Source of the DNA: Candidatus Iainarchaeum sp. | GTDB lineage: Archaea; Iainarchaeota; Iainarchaeia; Iainarchaeales; JAFCCW01 | Assembly: GCA_017609985.1 (NCBI GenBank) | Contig: JAFCCW010000013.1 | Location: 36,429-100,428, forward strand | DNA: 64,000 nucleotides | Reading direction: 5' to 3' | Shown here: positions 48,662 to 59,060 of the stretch, piece after piece | Position numbering within the stretch: the stretch's first letter is position 1 | Layout: every line of letters starts with the position of its first letter | Notes under the pieces: generated by a model | Told to the model about the DNA's origin: nothing | The model's input: only the letters and a program-made list of their open reading frames with translations | Database searches by the model: none | Made by a program: the position numbers and the translations under genes

Positions 48662-49393
48662 CTATTCAGCTTTTTTCCCTAAAATAGATTTCAACTCATT
48701 TTTTGAAATCCTTTCAAACTTCTTTCCTTTTTCAATAAACGCAAAATCAAGCCTGTTTACATCAGCTTTTTCTTTTTCAAGACCTTTCTCGATTGCATTC
48801 ACAATCAAATTGACTCCGTTTTCAAACGAGATATTGTCTTTGTAATTTTTCTCAAAGTGCGTCATTGCATTTTTTCTGCCTTTTCCAATTGCAATCGCCT
48901 TGTATTCTGCAAGAGCTCCAGAAGGCTCTGTTTCAAAGAGTCTTGCTCCGTTATCGTCATAACCGCCAATTATCAGAGAAATTCCAAAAGGTCGCATTCC
49001 TGCATACTGGGTAAACAACTGCTTTGTTCCAGCAACCTTTTTTACAAGAGTTTCTACTCCTATTTTTTCCTCATAATACATCTTGTTTTCCTGAGCTTCC
49101 TTTCTTGCAAACTGAATAATTCTTCTTGCATCGCCAACAAGACCGGAGGAGATTGCTCCAAGATGGCTGTCAATTTTGAAAAGCTTCTCAATGCTGTCCG
49201 GAATAATCATTTTGCTGACAACTTTCTTGTCTGCTCCAAAAATTACTCCATTGCTGTAAACAAGACCTGCTCCCAGAGTGCCCTGCTCCACGATTTTTGA
49301 AGCATATTCTACCTGATAGAGTCTCCCGTCTGGGGAAAACATTGTCGCAACCCTGTCATAAGCATTACTTTTTTTGTTAGCCATTGGATACAA
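48662..49393 (-). CDS. psmA: Proteasome alpha subunit
   Basis: YDRVATMFSPDGRLYQVEYA, RPFG, EPSG. Confidence 0.96.
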   Translation of the reverse strand: MYPMANKKSNAYDRVATMFSPDGRLYQVEYASKIVEQGTLGAGLVYSNGVIFGADKKVVSKMIIPDSIEKLFKIDSHLGAISSGLVGDARRIIQFARKEAQENKMYYEEKIGVETLVKKVAGTKQLFTQYAGMRPFGISLIIGGYDDNGARLFETEPSGALAEYKAIAIGKGRKNAMTHFEKNYKDNISFENGVNLIVNAIEKGLEKEKADVNRLDFAFIEKGKKFERISKNELKSILGKKAE

Positions 49394-49502
49394 AATATCA
49401 CCTAAAAAAGCTTTTTTTTCGTCTCTCTTTGACTAACAATATAGATAACATAAGCTTTTTAAAGGAAACTAAGCCTGAGATTTTCAAAGACAAAACAGGC
49501 TT

Positions 49503-50579
49503 CTAACCAGAATACAAAGCAAGAATTTCAGCTTCAGATAAAGCTCTGTCCCAGACCTTGAGCTCGTCAATCTTGCCGTCCCAGTAATCACTGGTGTTGG
49601 CAATTGATCCAATATACATATAGTTAGCGTGAGAAGAGACATAAACCTGTGCTGTTCCTGTTTGTTCTACTCCATTAACATACAGGTAACGACTACCATC
49701 AGCTACTACTCCGACAACATGATACCACTGGCCATATCCGCCTAATTCAGTGATTGGGTCTGAAGATTTTGATCTCCAGCTTCCATCATAGTAACCAAAC
49801 TTTATCTTATCGTCTTCCTCAATGTTCATTCCAACCCTGTCTGCAGTCCCGTGTGAATTCTGGAAGATAACCATCTGCCCGGGGCTTGGAGAGTCATCCG
49901 GGTAAACCCAGACAGACACAGTGAAATTTCTGTCAACAGCAATTTCTGGCAGGTTTGTTGCCCTAGCCCAGTCGTCTTCTCCGTCAAACTCTAGTGCGTT
50001 TCCGCTTTTTCCTGTTGTCCAATTTGCGTCAAATATTGTTCCACTGTTTCCACCACAGCCCTCACTTATTGTTGTTCCTGTTCCTTCGTTGAAGTTGTAG
50101 CAGGCTGTTGCTGAGGTTGAGAGGATTGTTCCGGTTGTGGTGTTTGCTGTTCCGTTTCCTGTGATTTTTGCTTTTACTGGTAGGCCGCCGGTTGTTGTGT
50201 AGCTTATTTCGATGTAGGCGTCTGTTAGGGTTGGTGTGTTTGAGTCTAGGTTGGTTATTGTGAAGGTTTGTCCGTTTTCTGCTGTGGTTGGTGTTGCTGT
50301 TGCGTCTCCTGCTTGGTCCATTATTCCGTTTCCGTAGTCTGTGACTGTGATGTTGGTTATTGTTCCGCCTGTCATGTTTTGTAGTGTGAGGCCGATTGTG
50401 TTTGTTCCTGTTGTGTAGGTTGATTCTTTGACTAGGAGTCCTGAGTTGTTGCTTATGAAGGTTGCTCCTCCTGTGAAGTCGCCCATTACGTAGATTGCTA
50501 CTCCGACTACGATGGCAATCATCATTAAGACCCACCCATAAGTCATCAAATATTCCAACGCAGCCTGACCTTTGCCCAT
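49503..50579 (-). CDS. Type IV pilin-like protein (class III signal) with C-terminal LamG domain
   Basis: MGKGQAALEYLMTYGW class III signal; ALEFDG, FTVSVWV, WYHVVG, LYVNG, GKIDELKVWDRALS. Confidence 0.88.
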   Translation of the reverse strand: MGKGQAALEYLMTYGWVLMMIAIVVGVAIYVMGDFTGGATFISNNSGLLVKESTYTTGTNTIGLTLQNMTGGTITNITVTDYGNGIMDQAGDATATPTTAENGQTFTITNLDSNTPTLTDAYIEISYTTTGGLPVKAKITGNGTANTTTGTILSTSATACYNFNEGTGTTISEGCGGNSGTIFDANWTTGKSGNALEFDGEDDWARATNLPEIAVDRNFTVSVWVYPDDSPSPGQMVIFQNSHGTADRVGMNIEEDDKIKFGYYDGSWRSKSSDPITELGGYGQWYHVVGVVADGSRYLYVNGVEQTGTAQVYVSSHANYMYIGSIANTSDYWDGKIDELKVWDRALSEAEILALYSG

Positions 50580-50618
50580 CTATTATCTAAATCCTTTTCC
50601 AAATAAAAGGTTTTTGGT

Positions 50619-51377
50619 TTACCCTGAAAGAAGCATAATCCCGGCAAAAATCAAGGGCTGATGTAAAAAGTAAATAATCAGAGAATGCCTTCCAAGAAAA
50701 GAAAGCAGATTGAATGGAATTATCGTGCCATAGTCTGGAAAACCAAAGCTTCTTTCCCCGTCCTTGTAAATTCTTTCCCCGCACCATAACCCAAACAATA
50801 CAAGTCCAGCCCAGGGAAGCAAGGGAGTGTAATCAAAGGAAGAAAATCCAGTTGGAACAAGCCCTAGCCACAAGAGCCAGGGAAAAGAAAACCTTAAATT
50901 ATGTATAAGAAAACCTGTTCCTAGTGCTCCCAAACCAAGAACTCCACTCCAGCTCTTTTTGTAGAAAGCAGGAGAAACCATTATTGTTAATCCAATGAGG
51001 TGAAGTATTCCAAAGAAAATTGTATTCGCTGGAAAAATCAGTTCTGTAAATAAGGTGATAATCAAACCCAGTGAGAAAATTCTTGCTCCTCTTTTCAAAT
51101 ACTTTCTCCAGAATATGTTTTCTGAATTTTTTTCTGAATTTTTTTTCAGGCTTTTTTCTGTTCTCTGCATTGAAATTGCAAGAGAAATTCCAACTAAAAA
51201 AACAAATATTCCTGCAGTCAGTCTTGCAAAATAAAGCCAGAATCCTGATGAAACTTCAAAATTCCAGCCAGCAAAATACTGCAGGTCAAAAATTGTGTGA
51301 AATGAAACCATCATCAGGATGGCTATTCCTCTTAGGCCATCAATTTCCCAGAATCTTTTTGTGCCTGTGCCCGCCAT
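50619..51377 (-). CDS. DUF1624 / HGSNAT-like membrane protein
   Basis: EIDGLRGIAILMM, FGILHLIG, DYTPLLPW, GRHSLIIYFLHQP. Confidence 0.88.
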   Translation of the reverse strand: MAGTGTKRFWEIDGLRGIAILMMVSFHTIFDLQYFAGWNFEVSSGFWLYFARLTAGIFVFLVGISLAISMQRTEKSLKKNSEKNSENIFWRKYLKRGARIFSLGLIITLFTELIFPANTIFFGILHLIGLTIMVSPAFYKKSWSGVLGLGALGTGFLIHNLRFSFPWLLWLGLVPTGFSSFDYTPLLPWAGLVLFGLWCGERIYKDGERSFGFPDYGTIIPFNLLSFLGRHSLIIYFLHQPLIFAGIMLLSG

Positions 51378-51741
51378 ATCCTCTCAGCTTTTTAAGAGTC
51401 CCTGATGTTTTAATTGTTTTAATCTTTACTTTTTTGTCTTCAACTTCATTTATTTTTGGAAGAATCTTTCTCAAGTCCTCTGCTTTTTCAAGAGCACATC
51501 TGACAATTCCCTTTCCCTGCTTAAATTCAATAACTTTTATGAAAAACTTTTTTGCCTCACTTACTCCTGCTTCCTGAACAAGCCCAAGCCATAGCAGGTT
51601 TTGAAGCTTGTCCTTTGACGAAATCTCTGCTCCACTCAATGAAAACTTGATGTATCTCTTCTTAGGGCGTTGGCTTGGCTTCAGCTTTCTGATTTCCTTG
51701 CTTTTCTTTTCCTGCTTGCTTTGTTTTTTCATTTCAATCAA
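51340..51741 (-). CDS. RNase P protein Pop5/Rpp14
   Basis: PSQRPKKRYI, GIVRC, TSGTLKK. Confidence 0.85.
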   Translation of the reverse strand: MIEMKKQSKQEKKSKEIRKLKPSQRPKKRYIKFSLSGAEISSKDKLQNLLWLGLVQEAGVSEAKKFFIKVIEFKQGKGIVRCALEKAEDLRKILPKINEVEDKKVKIKTIKTSGTLKKLRGYGGHRHKKILGN

Positions 51742-52297
51742 GTTCCTGCTTTGCCAAGCTCATAATTTCTTTTTCTGTTTCCTTTCCCGTGATTGAAAAA
51801 ATTTCTTTCTCTATTTTTTTTGCGGGAACAAGACAGCTTTTGATTTTGATGGCTTTTTCTTTATCATTGCCTGCGTATCTTTCAACAAGCTTTTGAAATC
51901 TTTTCTCAAGCGAAACAATTTTGTCATGGTCCACTCTCTTGTCTGCATACCAGACAATCTTTTCTTCCCAGCTTGCAACCAAGTTCTCTTTCAGCACTGC
52001 AAACAGCATGTGCTTTTCTGCAATCTCTGCAACTTCTTCAAAACCCTCTTCCCTTAACACCCTGCTTGCTTCCAGTCCATGGTCTTCCCCTGTTTCAAGA
52101 GTCCTGATTTTTGCAATATCGTGAAGCAATGCGCCAGATTCAATCTGCTCAATATTAATTTCTTCTCCTTTTCCATTCAGCTTTTCTGCAAGAAAAACCG
52201 CGACATCTCGCACTCTCAGAGAATGCCTTATCACATTCTCTGGCACGCCGTGCTTTTCAAGGAGCTCAAGGCATTTTGTTTCCAGTTCCATTCTCAT
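51734..52297 (-). CDS. HD-domain (HDIG-like) hydrolase
   Basis: RHS..V, ALLHDIAK, EEKIVWYADKR. Confidence 0.88.
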   Translation of the reverse strand: MRMELETKCLELLEKHGVPENVIRHSLRVRDVAVFLAEKLNGKGEEINIEQIESGALLHDIAKIRTLETGEDHGLEASRVLREEGFEEVAEIAEKHMLFAVLKENLVASWEEKIVWYADKRVDHDKIVSLEKRFQKLVERYAGNDKEKAIKIKSCLVPAKKIEKEIFSITGKETEKEIMSLAKQELD

Positions 52298-52773
52298 TCA
52301 ACCACGTCTGCTTCTTCAAATTCAATTGCTTTCAAAACTTCAACCAGCTCTGCTTCTATTTCAACATCATGCTTTCCTGAAGCAAAACTTATCTTATCCA
52401 ACTTAATTATTCTTTTATCTATATATAGGGGAATGTCCAGCACTACTGGATTTATTGCTCCAATTTTTAATCCAACAACCTCAAAAACCTCGTCTGGAGA
52501 AGCAAGCTTTGACTTGCTTTCCCTAATTCTGCTGACTTTTCCAAAGTCAATTCTGTCCCCGCCCCTGAGACAGACTGCAAAAAACTTTCCTGCCTTGTCT
52601 CTGAGCACCATTGTCTTGACAATGCTTTCCCTCTGTACTCTTCCTTGGCTGTATTTGACAACATCGTCCACTGTAAAAGCAGGCTTTTCCAACTGAATTC
52701 TTTCAAACCTGATTCCTTTCTTTTTCAAAATCTTTGCAGCTGGTTCTTCCATTGCACTCTCTCCTGAATTCAT
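52294..52773 (-). CDS. YbaK/EbsC aminoacyl-tRNA deacylase
   Basis: IVKTMV, GLKIGAINP, FASG. Confidence 0.82.
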   Translation of the reverse strand: MNSGESAMEEPAAKILKKKGIRFERIQLEKPAFTVDDVVKYSQGRVQRESIVKTMVLRDKAGKFFAVCLRGGDRIDFGKVSRIRESKSKLASPDEVFEVVGLKIGAINPVVLDIPLYIDKRIIKLDKISFASGKHDVEIEAELVEVLKAIEFEEADVVE

Positions 52774-52838
52774 TCAAGCAGAAATCCTTTTTAAGGATGA
52801 AGCATTTATATATTCGGGTTTTTGGGAGCTGATGGGAA

Positions 52839-55275
52839 GTGCTTAGCAGAGCAAAAAAATTATTTTTACTTACTCTTACAGCAATTTTCATTTTGTCCTC
52901 TGTTTCTTCCCTGACAATTGATTCCTCCAACTGTGTTTCAAGCGGTTCAGGAATATGTGTCTGGAGTGATTTCTATACTCTTGGAGAAACAATCTCTGAC
53001 GACGTAATCATTGACGGAGCTTTTGTAATCGCAGACATTAACATATCTCGTATTTTAACATATCTCGTATTTTAACATATCTCGTATTTTAACATATCTC
53101 ATATTATCACTGGTGATTTCAATCTTATAAACAATTCCGTGCTTGACACAAACACTCCCTGGATTTCAATGGATCTCAATGTAGGAGGAATGTTTTACAT
53201 TTCTTCCGGAAGCGGAATAGACTTTAATGGTGCTGGATATACTGCAACCTATGGCAATGAAACTGGGCCAGGAGGAGGATATGATGGGGGCAGCACTGGA
53301 GACGGTGGAGGAGCAGGACACGGTGGCAGGGGAGGCACAGGAGATGGTGGAGAGGCAAAACCTGGAGAATCAAATGATTCCATAACAAACCCTGTTTTGC
53401 CAGGTTCTGCTGGTGGCGCAGCAGCATCCACAATTGGTTCAAACGGCGGTGGACTTGTGCATATTATTGCGACAAACATAATTCTTGTTGATGGAAATAT
53501 TACTGTTAATGCCGAGGATGGAAGAGATGGGTTTCTTTATGATTCTGGAGGCGGTGGAACTGGCGGAACAGCAACCTGTGTTCAAAGAGGAGGGGTAATC
53601 TGTGAAGAAAATTATGCTTGTTCAACAGGAAACTTTATTCACTCACAAGATTCTTCAAACTGCTGTCTTGGAGAATGCATTTTGATAAACAAAGAATTAT
53701 GCGGAAACAATTTGGATGACGATGGAGACGGGTGCATTGACGAGGGCTGTGAAGAAATAAAATGTGAACCGGAAACTTCCCTGCTTTCAGTGGATGCAGG
53801 AGGAGAAGCTTCAATAAAAATTAATGTTGTTTCAAAAAACACCTGTGGAGAATATGAAATAGAGTTAGGCAATCCCTCTGGTAGCACACCCTCTTTTGTT
53901 TCTGTTCCGGATTCTGTTGAAACCTGTTCCAGTCCAGTTGAGCAAATTCTCTCAGGAGAAGTTCTTGAATCTTATCGAAACGGAGGAGCAATATTTAAGG
54001 GAGTTATTGAAGATGGAGAAATATTTTTTGCAGAGTCTGACGGGCAGGAAGCAATACTTTGGGAAATGGGTTGTCAGCGGACCGTGTTTTGTTAACAATG
54101 AAAAATTAAGCAAAACAACAGTATCAGTGCAGGGTACATGCACAGTGGTTGCACAATTTGTTAAATCACAATATTCTGTGGGAATTTTTGCAGTACCTGA
54201 GTGGGGTGGAAAAGCAACTGTTTCAGAGGTTTCTCCAAAGTACAATGAATTAATTGAAATAGGTGCAGTTCCAAGCCCTGGTTTTGAATTCAAGGAATGG
54301 CTTGTTGAAGGAAACTGCGAAATTGTAAATGATTCTTTGGCAAGAGTTTTGGACGACTGCAATTTGTCCGCAGTTTTTGTTTCAGGAAATCCTTTGGAAG
54401 AATGCCCAATTTCCTGTGAAGCAGACGGGGAATGCAATTATTCTTGTGCTTCGGACCCAGCCTGTTCTTTTGATTCTGATTGTGGAGGCTGCAATCTGAA
54501 TTGTGCAGAAAATGGATACTGTGAAACAGGCTGTGAAGAATCTTCCCTCTGTTCTCCAGACCCTGATTGTGAAGAATGCGGAAACAGTTTTTATTCAACA
54601 AGCTTTGATGTTTCAGCAAAAAATGCGTTTACTATTTCAGGGCAGAACAGGTGGAATGATTTATCAGTAACTCTTAAGTCTGGTGGAGAAAAAGTTGCAG
54701 AATGCTCTTTCGATCTTTATGTAAATGCAGAGCAGGGGGAAGAAAATCCAAACATTGTTTTAGTCGATGGAAAAGCAGTGATTGGTGAAGAAGATAATGT
54801 ATTTGCAGTAGTTGACATTACAATCAGAACCGAAGACTATGAAGGACTTGTTGATATTGAATTGAGAGACAACAAGAACCAGAAAGGCAAGACGAAAAAG
54901 AAAGACAACAAACTTCTTGATTCAAAAACAATTTATTTTGACAACGAAGAAAGAACAATTGGTTTTCAGATTCCTGTGTCCAACGGAGAAACAAAGATTG
55001 ATGTTGTTGCAATTGTTGATCCTTTAAACAAAATTGAAGAAGAAGATGAAGAAGACAACGAGAAGAGAGTAAAAGCGCATTTGATGCAGGCAAATGATTT
55101 AATGGTTGAAAGACTGTTGCCTGAAAAGAAATGTTATTATCCTTCGGAGCGAACAGTTGTTACTGCTTGGATACTTAATGAAGGCGGAAAATCAAAAGAA
55201 TTTGATACTCTTCTTTCAAGAATCAGCCCAGACCCGCCAGAAGAGCTTGCGGAAATCAGAACAAGCACGGGTTAA
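52839..55275 (+). pseudogene. Fragmented secreted surface protein (Gly-rich, Cys-rich, InlB-B-like and CARDB-like modules)
   Basis: Signal peptide ORF 52839-53075 is in frame with 53139-54095 but stopped by a repeat-borne TAA; frame change near 54050-54095 into 53896-55275; ends mid-domain. Confidence 0.7.
53040..53100. repeat. 17-bp tandem repeat, 3 full copies plus partial
   Basis: aacatatctcgtatttt at 53040, 53057, 53074, then aacatatctc. Confidence 0.97.
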
Positions 55276-55346
55276 AAAAGGCAAGCATTTTTAAAGCTTT
55301 TTTAGAACAATTAGTTCATTGAAAAGCTATTTTTTAGGTGCTTTTG

Positions 55347-55631
55347 ATGAATGTTCCAAAAGAAATCAAGGATTATTGTGTGAAATGCAATGCGCACACC
55401 CAGCATAAGCTAAAACATTTTAAACCAGGTTCTCCCAGAGCTCTTGCAGAAGGTCAGAGAAAGAATGTAAGAAAAAAAAAGGGATACAAGGGAAAATACC
55501 AGTTTACTGCAACAATCAAGAAGCAGAACAAAAAGCCTACTTTTATTGCAGAATGCTCTGATTGCGGAGCAAAGCACTATTTTGTTATTCCAAAAAGAAT
55601 GAAGAAAACAGAATTGAAAGACACATCCTGA
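55347..55631 (+). CDS. rpl44e: Ribosomal protein eL42 (L44e)
   Basis: MNVPKEIKDYCVKCNAHTQH...ECSDCG. Confidence 0.88.
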   Translation: MNVPKEIKDYCVKCNAHTQHKLKHFKPGSPRALAEGQRKNVRKKKGYKGKYQFTATIKKQNKKPTFIAECSDCGAKHYFVIPKRMKKTELKDTS

Positions 55632-55722
55632 CTTTAGCTGTTCTCAATTTCTATTTTGGTTTTCTCAATTTTTGCTTAACATTCTCCTTATTTAAGCTTT
55701 TTCGTTAATTGGTTTTATTTGA

Positions 55723-56526
55723 ATGACTACCCGAAATTCAATCCTGTTAATCATTAAACAGAACCAGGGAATTGAATACAATTTTCTTCTAAACAAGATT
55801 GCCGGAAATTATGGTTCACTCAATAGTGCAAGAGCTGCTCTTTCCCGCGCAGTAAAAGATCTTTCTGCTCTTGGAATGATTCGGAAAAAAGAAAACAGTA
55901 TTTTCATAACTGACAAGGGAACTGCTTCAATTTCCGGAGAAATGAAGGGAAAGCTTTTAGTGGAGTTGAACAAGCTTGTTTCCTCTCCAAAAAATTATGA
56001 AAACATTGATGCAATAGTCAGCGATTTAGCCACTCTGATTCAGAGAAGCAAGGAGGATTCTGATTTGCTCAAAGCAGCAAAAAGTTCAGCAGATTTTTCT
56101 GTTTCAGACCTTAGGAAAATGCAGAAAAGCATTGAATCTCACCTTGTGCATCTGTCCTATTTGCAAAAGATTTTTGAGAGCCAGGTTGAACAGATTGAGA
56201 AAATGAACTTTAGTGATTCCCGGGTTCTGACTTTGAACAAAGAAGGAATACAAAAGCTTTCGCTTCTTTCAGACTCTGCTGGCTATGAAACAATAACTGT
56301 TGAAGCTGGACAGGAAGAAATTAATGAGCTAAAAAAACATTTTCCAGACTCGATTTCGAGACAGAATTCCTTGCCCCTGAAATCAGCAAAGCTTGAAAAA
56401 CTTCTTGAAATTGCAACAGAAAAAAACCTTGATTTAGATATTTATGCAGGACAAATTAAGATGTCTAAAAGAGGACACACTGCAAGACTAACAGGCCCGT
56501 TCAGGGCAGTCGAAAAACTATTCTAG
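55723..56526 (+). CDS. Hypothetical protein with N-terminal winged-helix domain
   Basis: AALSRAVKDLSALGMIRK...FITDKG. Confidence 0.65.
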   Translation: MTTRNSILLIIKQNQGIEYNFLLNKIAGNYGSLNSARAALSRAVKDLSALGMIRKKENSIFITDKGTASISGEMKGKLLVELNKLVSSPKNYENIDAIVSDLATLIQRSKEDSDLLKAAKSSADFSVSDLRKMQKSIESHLVHLSYLQKIFESQVEQIEKMNFSDSRVLTLNKEGIQKLSLLSDSAGYETITVEAGQEEINELKKHFPDSISRQNSLPLKSAKLEKLLEIATEKNLDLDIYAGQIKMSKRGHTARLTGPFRAVEKLF

Positions 56527-57128
56527 CCTCGGAGTCTCATTCTTCTCTTCTCTGCTTTCCAAAGTGCTTTGCTTGGTTTTCCAATCAGGTGCGGGCCGAG
56601 TTTTTTTCTGATTTCAATTCCGTTTGCTCTATAGAAAGCCCTTGCTTTGGCTTGCCTTTCTTTGTCTGCAAGAAGTATTTTTGGAGAATATTTTCCCCCC
56701 ACAATAGTTATTGGTGTCTGCGGAAAGAACTTTTTCAGTTGCTCCACTGACTTCGAAACACAAACATCTTGGTAGATTCCAACACAAATGAATTTTGTTG
56801 GCTGAATCTTCATTTTTCCAAGAGCAATTTTTGCCTTGCTCTTGTTGGAAATAAAAATTGGCTGTTTAACTCCTGCTTCTCTTACTAATTCTTTAGCATC
56901 TTCAACTAAAAATTCTCTTTCATATACTACTGGAAGCCCATGTTTTTCTGCAAATTTTAGTACTCTGGCAATAGCTTTTTCATGGGTTTCACTTAATCTA
57001 TTGTACTGTTCGGTTTCCTTTTGAGGAAAAGGGGAATTTGGGGTTTGGTCTTCGTTGTAGGTTATTTTTGGCATAGGAGAATGTGTTATGTATACTACGG
57101 GCCCGGTGTAGGGTTTTTGTTCAGTCAT
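56523..57128 (-). CDS. Divergent isochorismatase/cysteine-hydrolase-like orphan
   Basis: FICVGIYQDVCV resembles G..TD.CV; basic C-terminus. Confidence 0.45.
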   Translation of the reverse strand: MTEQKPYTGPVVYITHSPMPKITYNEDQTPNSPFPQKETEQYNRLSETHEKAIARVLKFAEKHGLPVVYEREFLVEDAKELVREAGVKQPIFISNKSKAKIALGKMKIQPTKFICVGIYQDVCVSKSVEQLKKFFPQTPITIVGGKYSPKILLADKERQAKARAFYRANGIEIRKKLGPHLIGKPSKALWKAEKRRMRLRG

Positions 57129-57287
57129 TAAACCAACTTTTTTGTGATATTTTTTTTTGCTAACTTTTTTTCCAAATTTTTTTTTGCCGTCTTTTTTTCC
57201 GAAAAAAGGTGCATGCAACTGCTGTGCCTTTTTACAAAAGGCAGCAAAATGTAGGATTGCCCTTTTTCGCTTTGCTCAACAGGGTTA

Positions 57288-57360
57288 TGCGACTGCCGGG
57301 ATTCGAACCCGGACCAGAAGCTTGGGAAGCTCCGGTGCTAGCCATTAACACCACAATCGC
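57288..57360 (-). tRNA. tRNA-Gly(CCC), no intron, CCA not encoded
   Basis: GCGATTG acceptor stem, anticodon arm GGAGC-TTCCCAA-GCTTC, GGTTCGAATCC T-arm, discriminator A. Confidence 0.96.
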
Positions 57361-57693
57361 ATTCATTATTTCTTATGTTGAAATTGTTTTAAACTCTTCT
57401 AAATTTCTATAATCTATGTCCCTGTGTCTGGGAACTTTTCCCTCTTGCTTGTATTTTTTGTATTTGTATATGTGTTTGGATTGTTTGGTTTTATTATTTC
57501 AAAGAAAATAAGGTTTAATTATTTTAATAAATTTTGTAAGAGAGACCGGAGTTCCGGTGAAATCTGCTTTACTATTTTTTCCGGCAAATTATCTTACAGA
57601 AAGTTTTATTGTGATGTTCCATTCTTTTGCTAAATCTTTTTCCAGAATTGCACCACTAACTTAATATAGGCTTTCAAGCCATATAAATGCTCT

Positions 57694-59049
57694 ATGAGAA
57701 AGCTTTTTGGAACTGATGGAATTAGAGGAAAGGCTAATATTCCGCCGATGACTCCCGAGGTCGCGCTCAAGGTTGGCAAGGCTGTTGCGCAGGTTTTTAT
57801 GAAAAAAGAACCAGGCGAACAGCACAGAATAATCATTGGAAAAGACACTCGCTTGTCAGGATACATGTTTGAGAACGCGCTTTCCTCTGGACTTCTTTCA
57901 ATGGGTGCAGACGTCATATTTGTCGGGCCAATGCCTACGCCAGCAATAGCTCATTTATCCCGCTCAATGCAGTGTGCTGCTGGAATAATGCTTTCCGCTT
58001 CTCACAATCCTGCTGAAGACAACGGGATAAAAATTTTTTCAGAAAAAGGGCTGAAGTTAAGCGATGAAGTAGAGCAGGAAATAGAAGAAATAATGGCTAA
58101 CGATAAAACAGGCAATCAAGCAGTGACTGGTGAAAAAATAGGGAAAGCAATTCGAGTAGAGGATGCAAAAGGCAGATACATTGAGTTCCTGAAAAACACA
58201 ATTAACAATAATTCTCTTGAAGGTCTGAAAATAGTTCTTGACTGTGCAAATGGTTCTTCTTACAAAATCGCACCCCCTGTTTTTTCAGAGCTTGGAGCAG
58301 ATGTTGTTCCACTTCATTGCTCTCCAAATGGAATGAACATAAACGAGAATTGCGGAGCAACTCATCCTGAAGTAATCAGTGAAAGTGTTGAAATTCATGG
58401 GGGAGACATTGGATTTTCTTTTGACGGAGACGGTGACAGAGTAATCCTTGCAGATGAACGAGGAAATCTTGTGGAAGGAAGCAAGGTTATCGCAATAGCT
58501 GCACTTGACCTTAAGGAAAAAGGAAAGCTGAAAAACAATACCGTGGTAATAAACAAGATGGCAAACACTGCTTTTCTAAAGTTTATGGACAAACAGGGAA
58601 TTCAGGTTGTGCAAACTCCTGTTGGCGATAGATATGTAACTGAAGGAATTACTCAGGCAGGAGCATCTTTAGGTGGTGAACCAAATGGACACATACTTTT
58701 TTCAAAATATTCTACAACTGATGATGGAATTATCGCTGCACTTCAGATAGCAAATATTCTCAAACAGAGCGACAAGCGAATGAGTGAGATTTCAAAACTT
58801 TACAATCTCTATCCGGAAATTTTGCTAAACATCAAAGTAAAAAAGAGAAAACAGTTTTCAAAAATGAAAAAAGTTACTGAAAGAATTGAAAGCGCTAAAA
58901 AAGAAATTAATGGAGACGGAAAAGTTTTTGTCAGATATTCCGGAACTGAAAAAATTGCTCGTGTACTTGTTGAAGGAAAAAACGAGAAAAGAATCAAGCA
59001 GTTAGCTGGAACGATTGCCAGAGAAATCAAAAAAGAAGTTGGTGAATAA
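57694..59049 (+). CDS. glmM: Phosphoglucosamine mutase
   Basis: LFGTDGIRG, GKDTRLSG, SASHNP, DGDGDR, VRYSGTE. Confidence 0.92.
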   Translation: MRKLFGTDGIRGKANIPPMTPEVALKVGKAVAQVFMKKEPGEQHRIIIGKDTRLSGYMFENALSSGLLSMGADVIFVGPMPTPAIAHLSRSMQCAAGIMLSASHNPAEDNGIKIFSEKGLKLSDEVEQEIEEIMANDKTGNQAVTGEKIGKAIRVEDAKGRYIEFLKNTINNNSLEGLKIVLDCANGSSYKIAPPVFSELGADVVPLHCSPNGMNINENCGATHPEVISESVEIHGGDIGFSFDGDGDRVILADERGNLVEGSKVIAIAALDLKEKGKLKNNTVVINKMANTAFLKFMDKQGIQVVQTPVGDRYVTEGITQAGASLGGEPNGHILFSKYSTTDDGIIAALQIANILKQSDKRMSEISKLYNLYPEILLNIKVKKRKQFSKMKKVTERIESAKKEINGDGKVFVRYSGTEKIARVLVEGKNEKRIKQLAGTIAREIKKEVGE

Positions 59050-59060
59050 AGTGGAGCTGG

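Noticed and set aside
50062-50535. 157-aa N/H/R-rich overlapping ORF in the pilin gene
   Set aside because: Explained by the A/C-only third positions, which remove stop codons from that frame
49503-50579. Diversity-generating retroelement acting on the LamG pilin
   Set aside because: No reverse transcriptase and no template/variable repeat pair seen in the window
53040-53100. Tandem repeats here, at 8925-8972 and at 37222-37312 as CRISPR arrays
   Set aside because: Units are head-to-tail with no unique spacers
57190-57287. Hairpins downstream of tRNA-Gly as an att site or integrated element
   Set aside because: No duplicated tRNA 3' end and no integrase seen in the window
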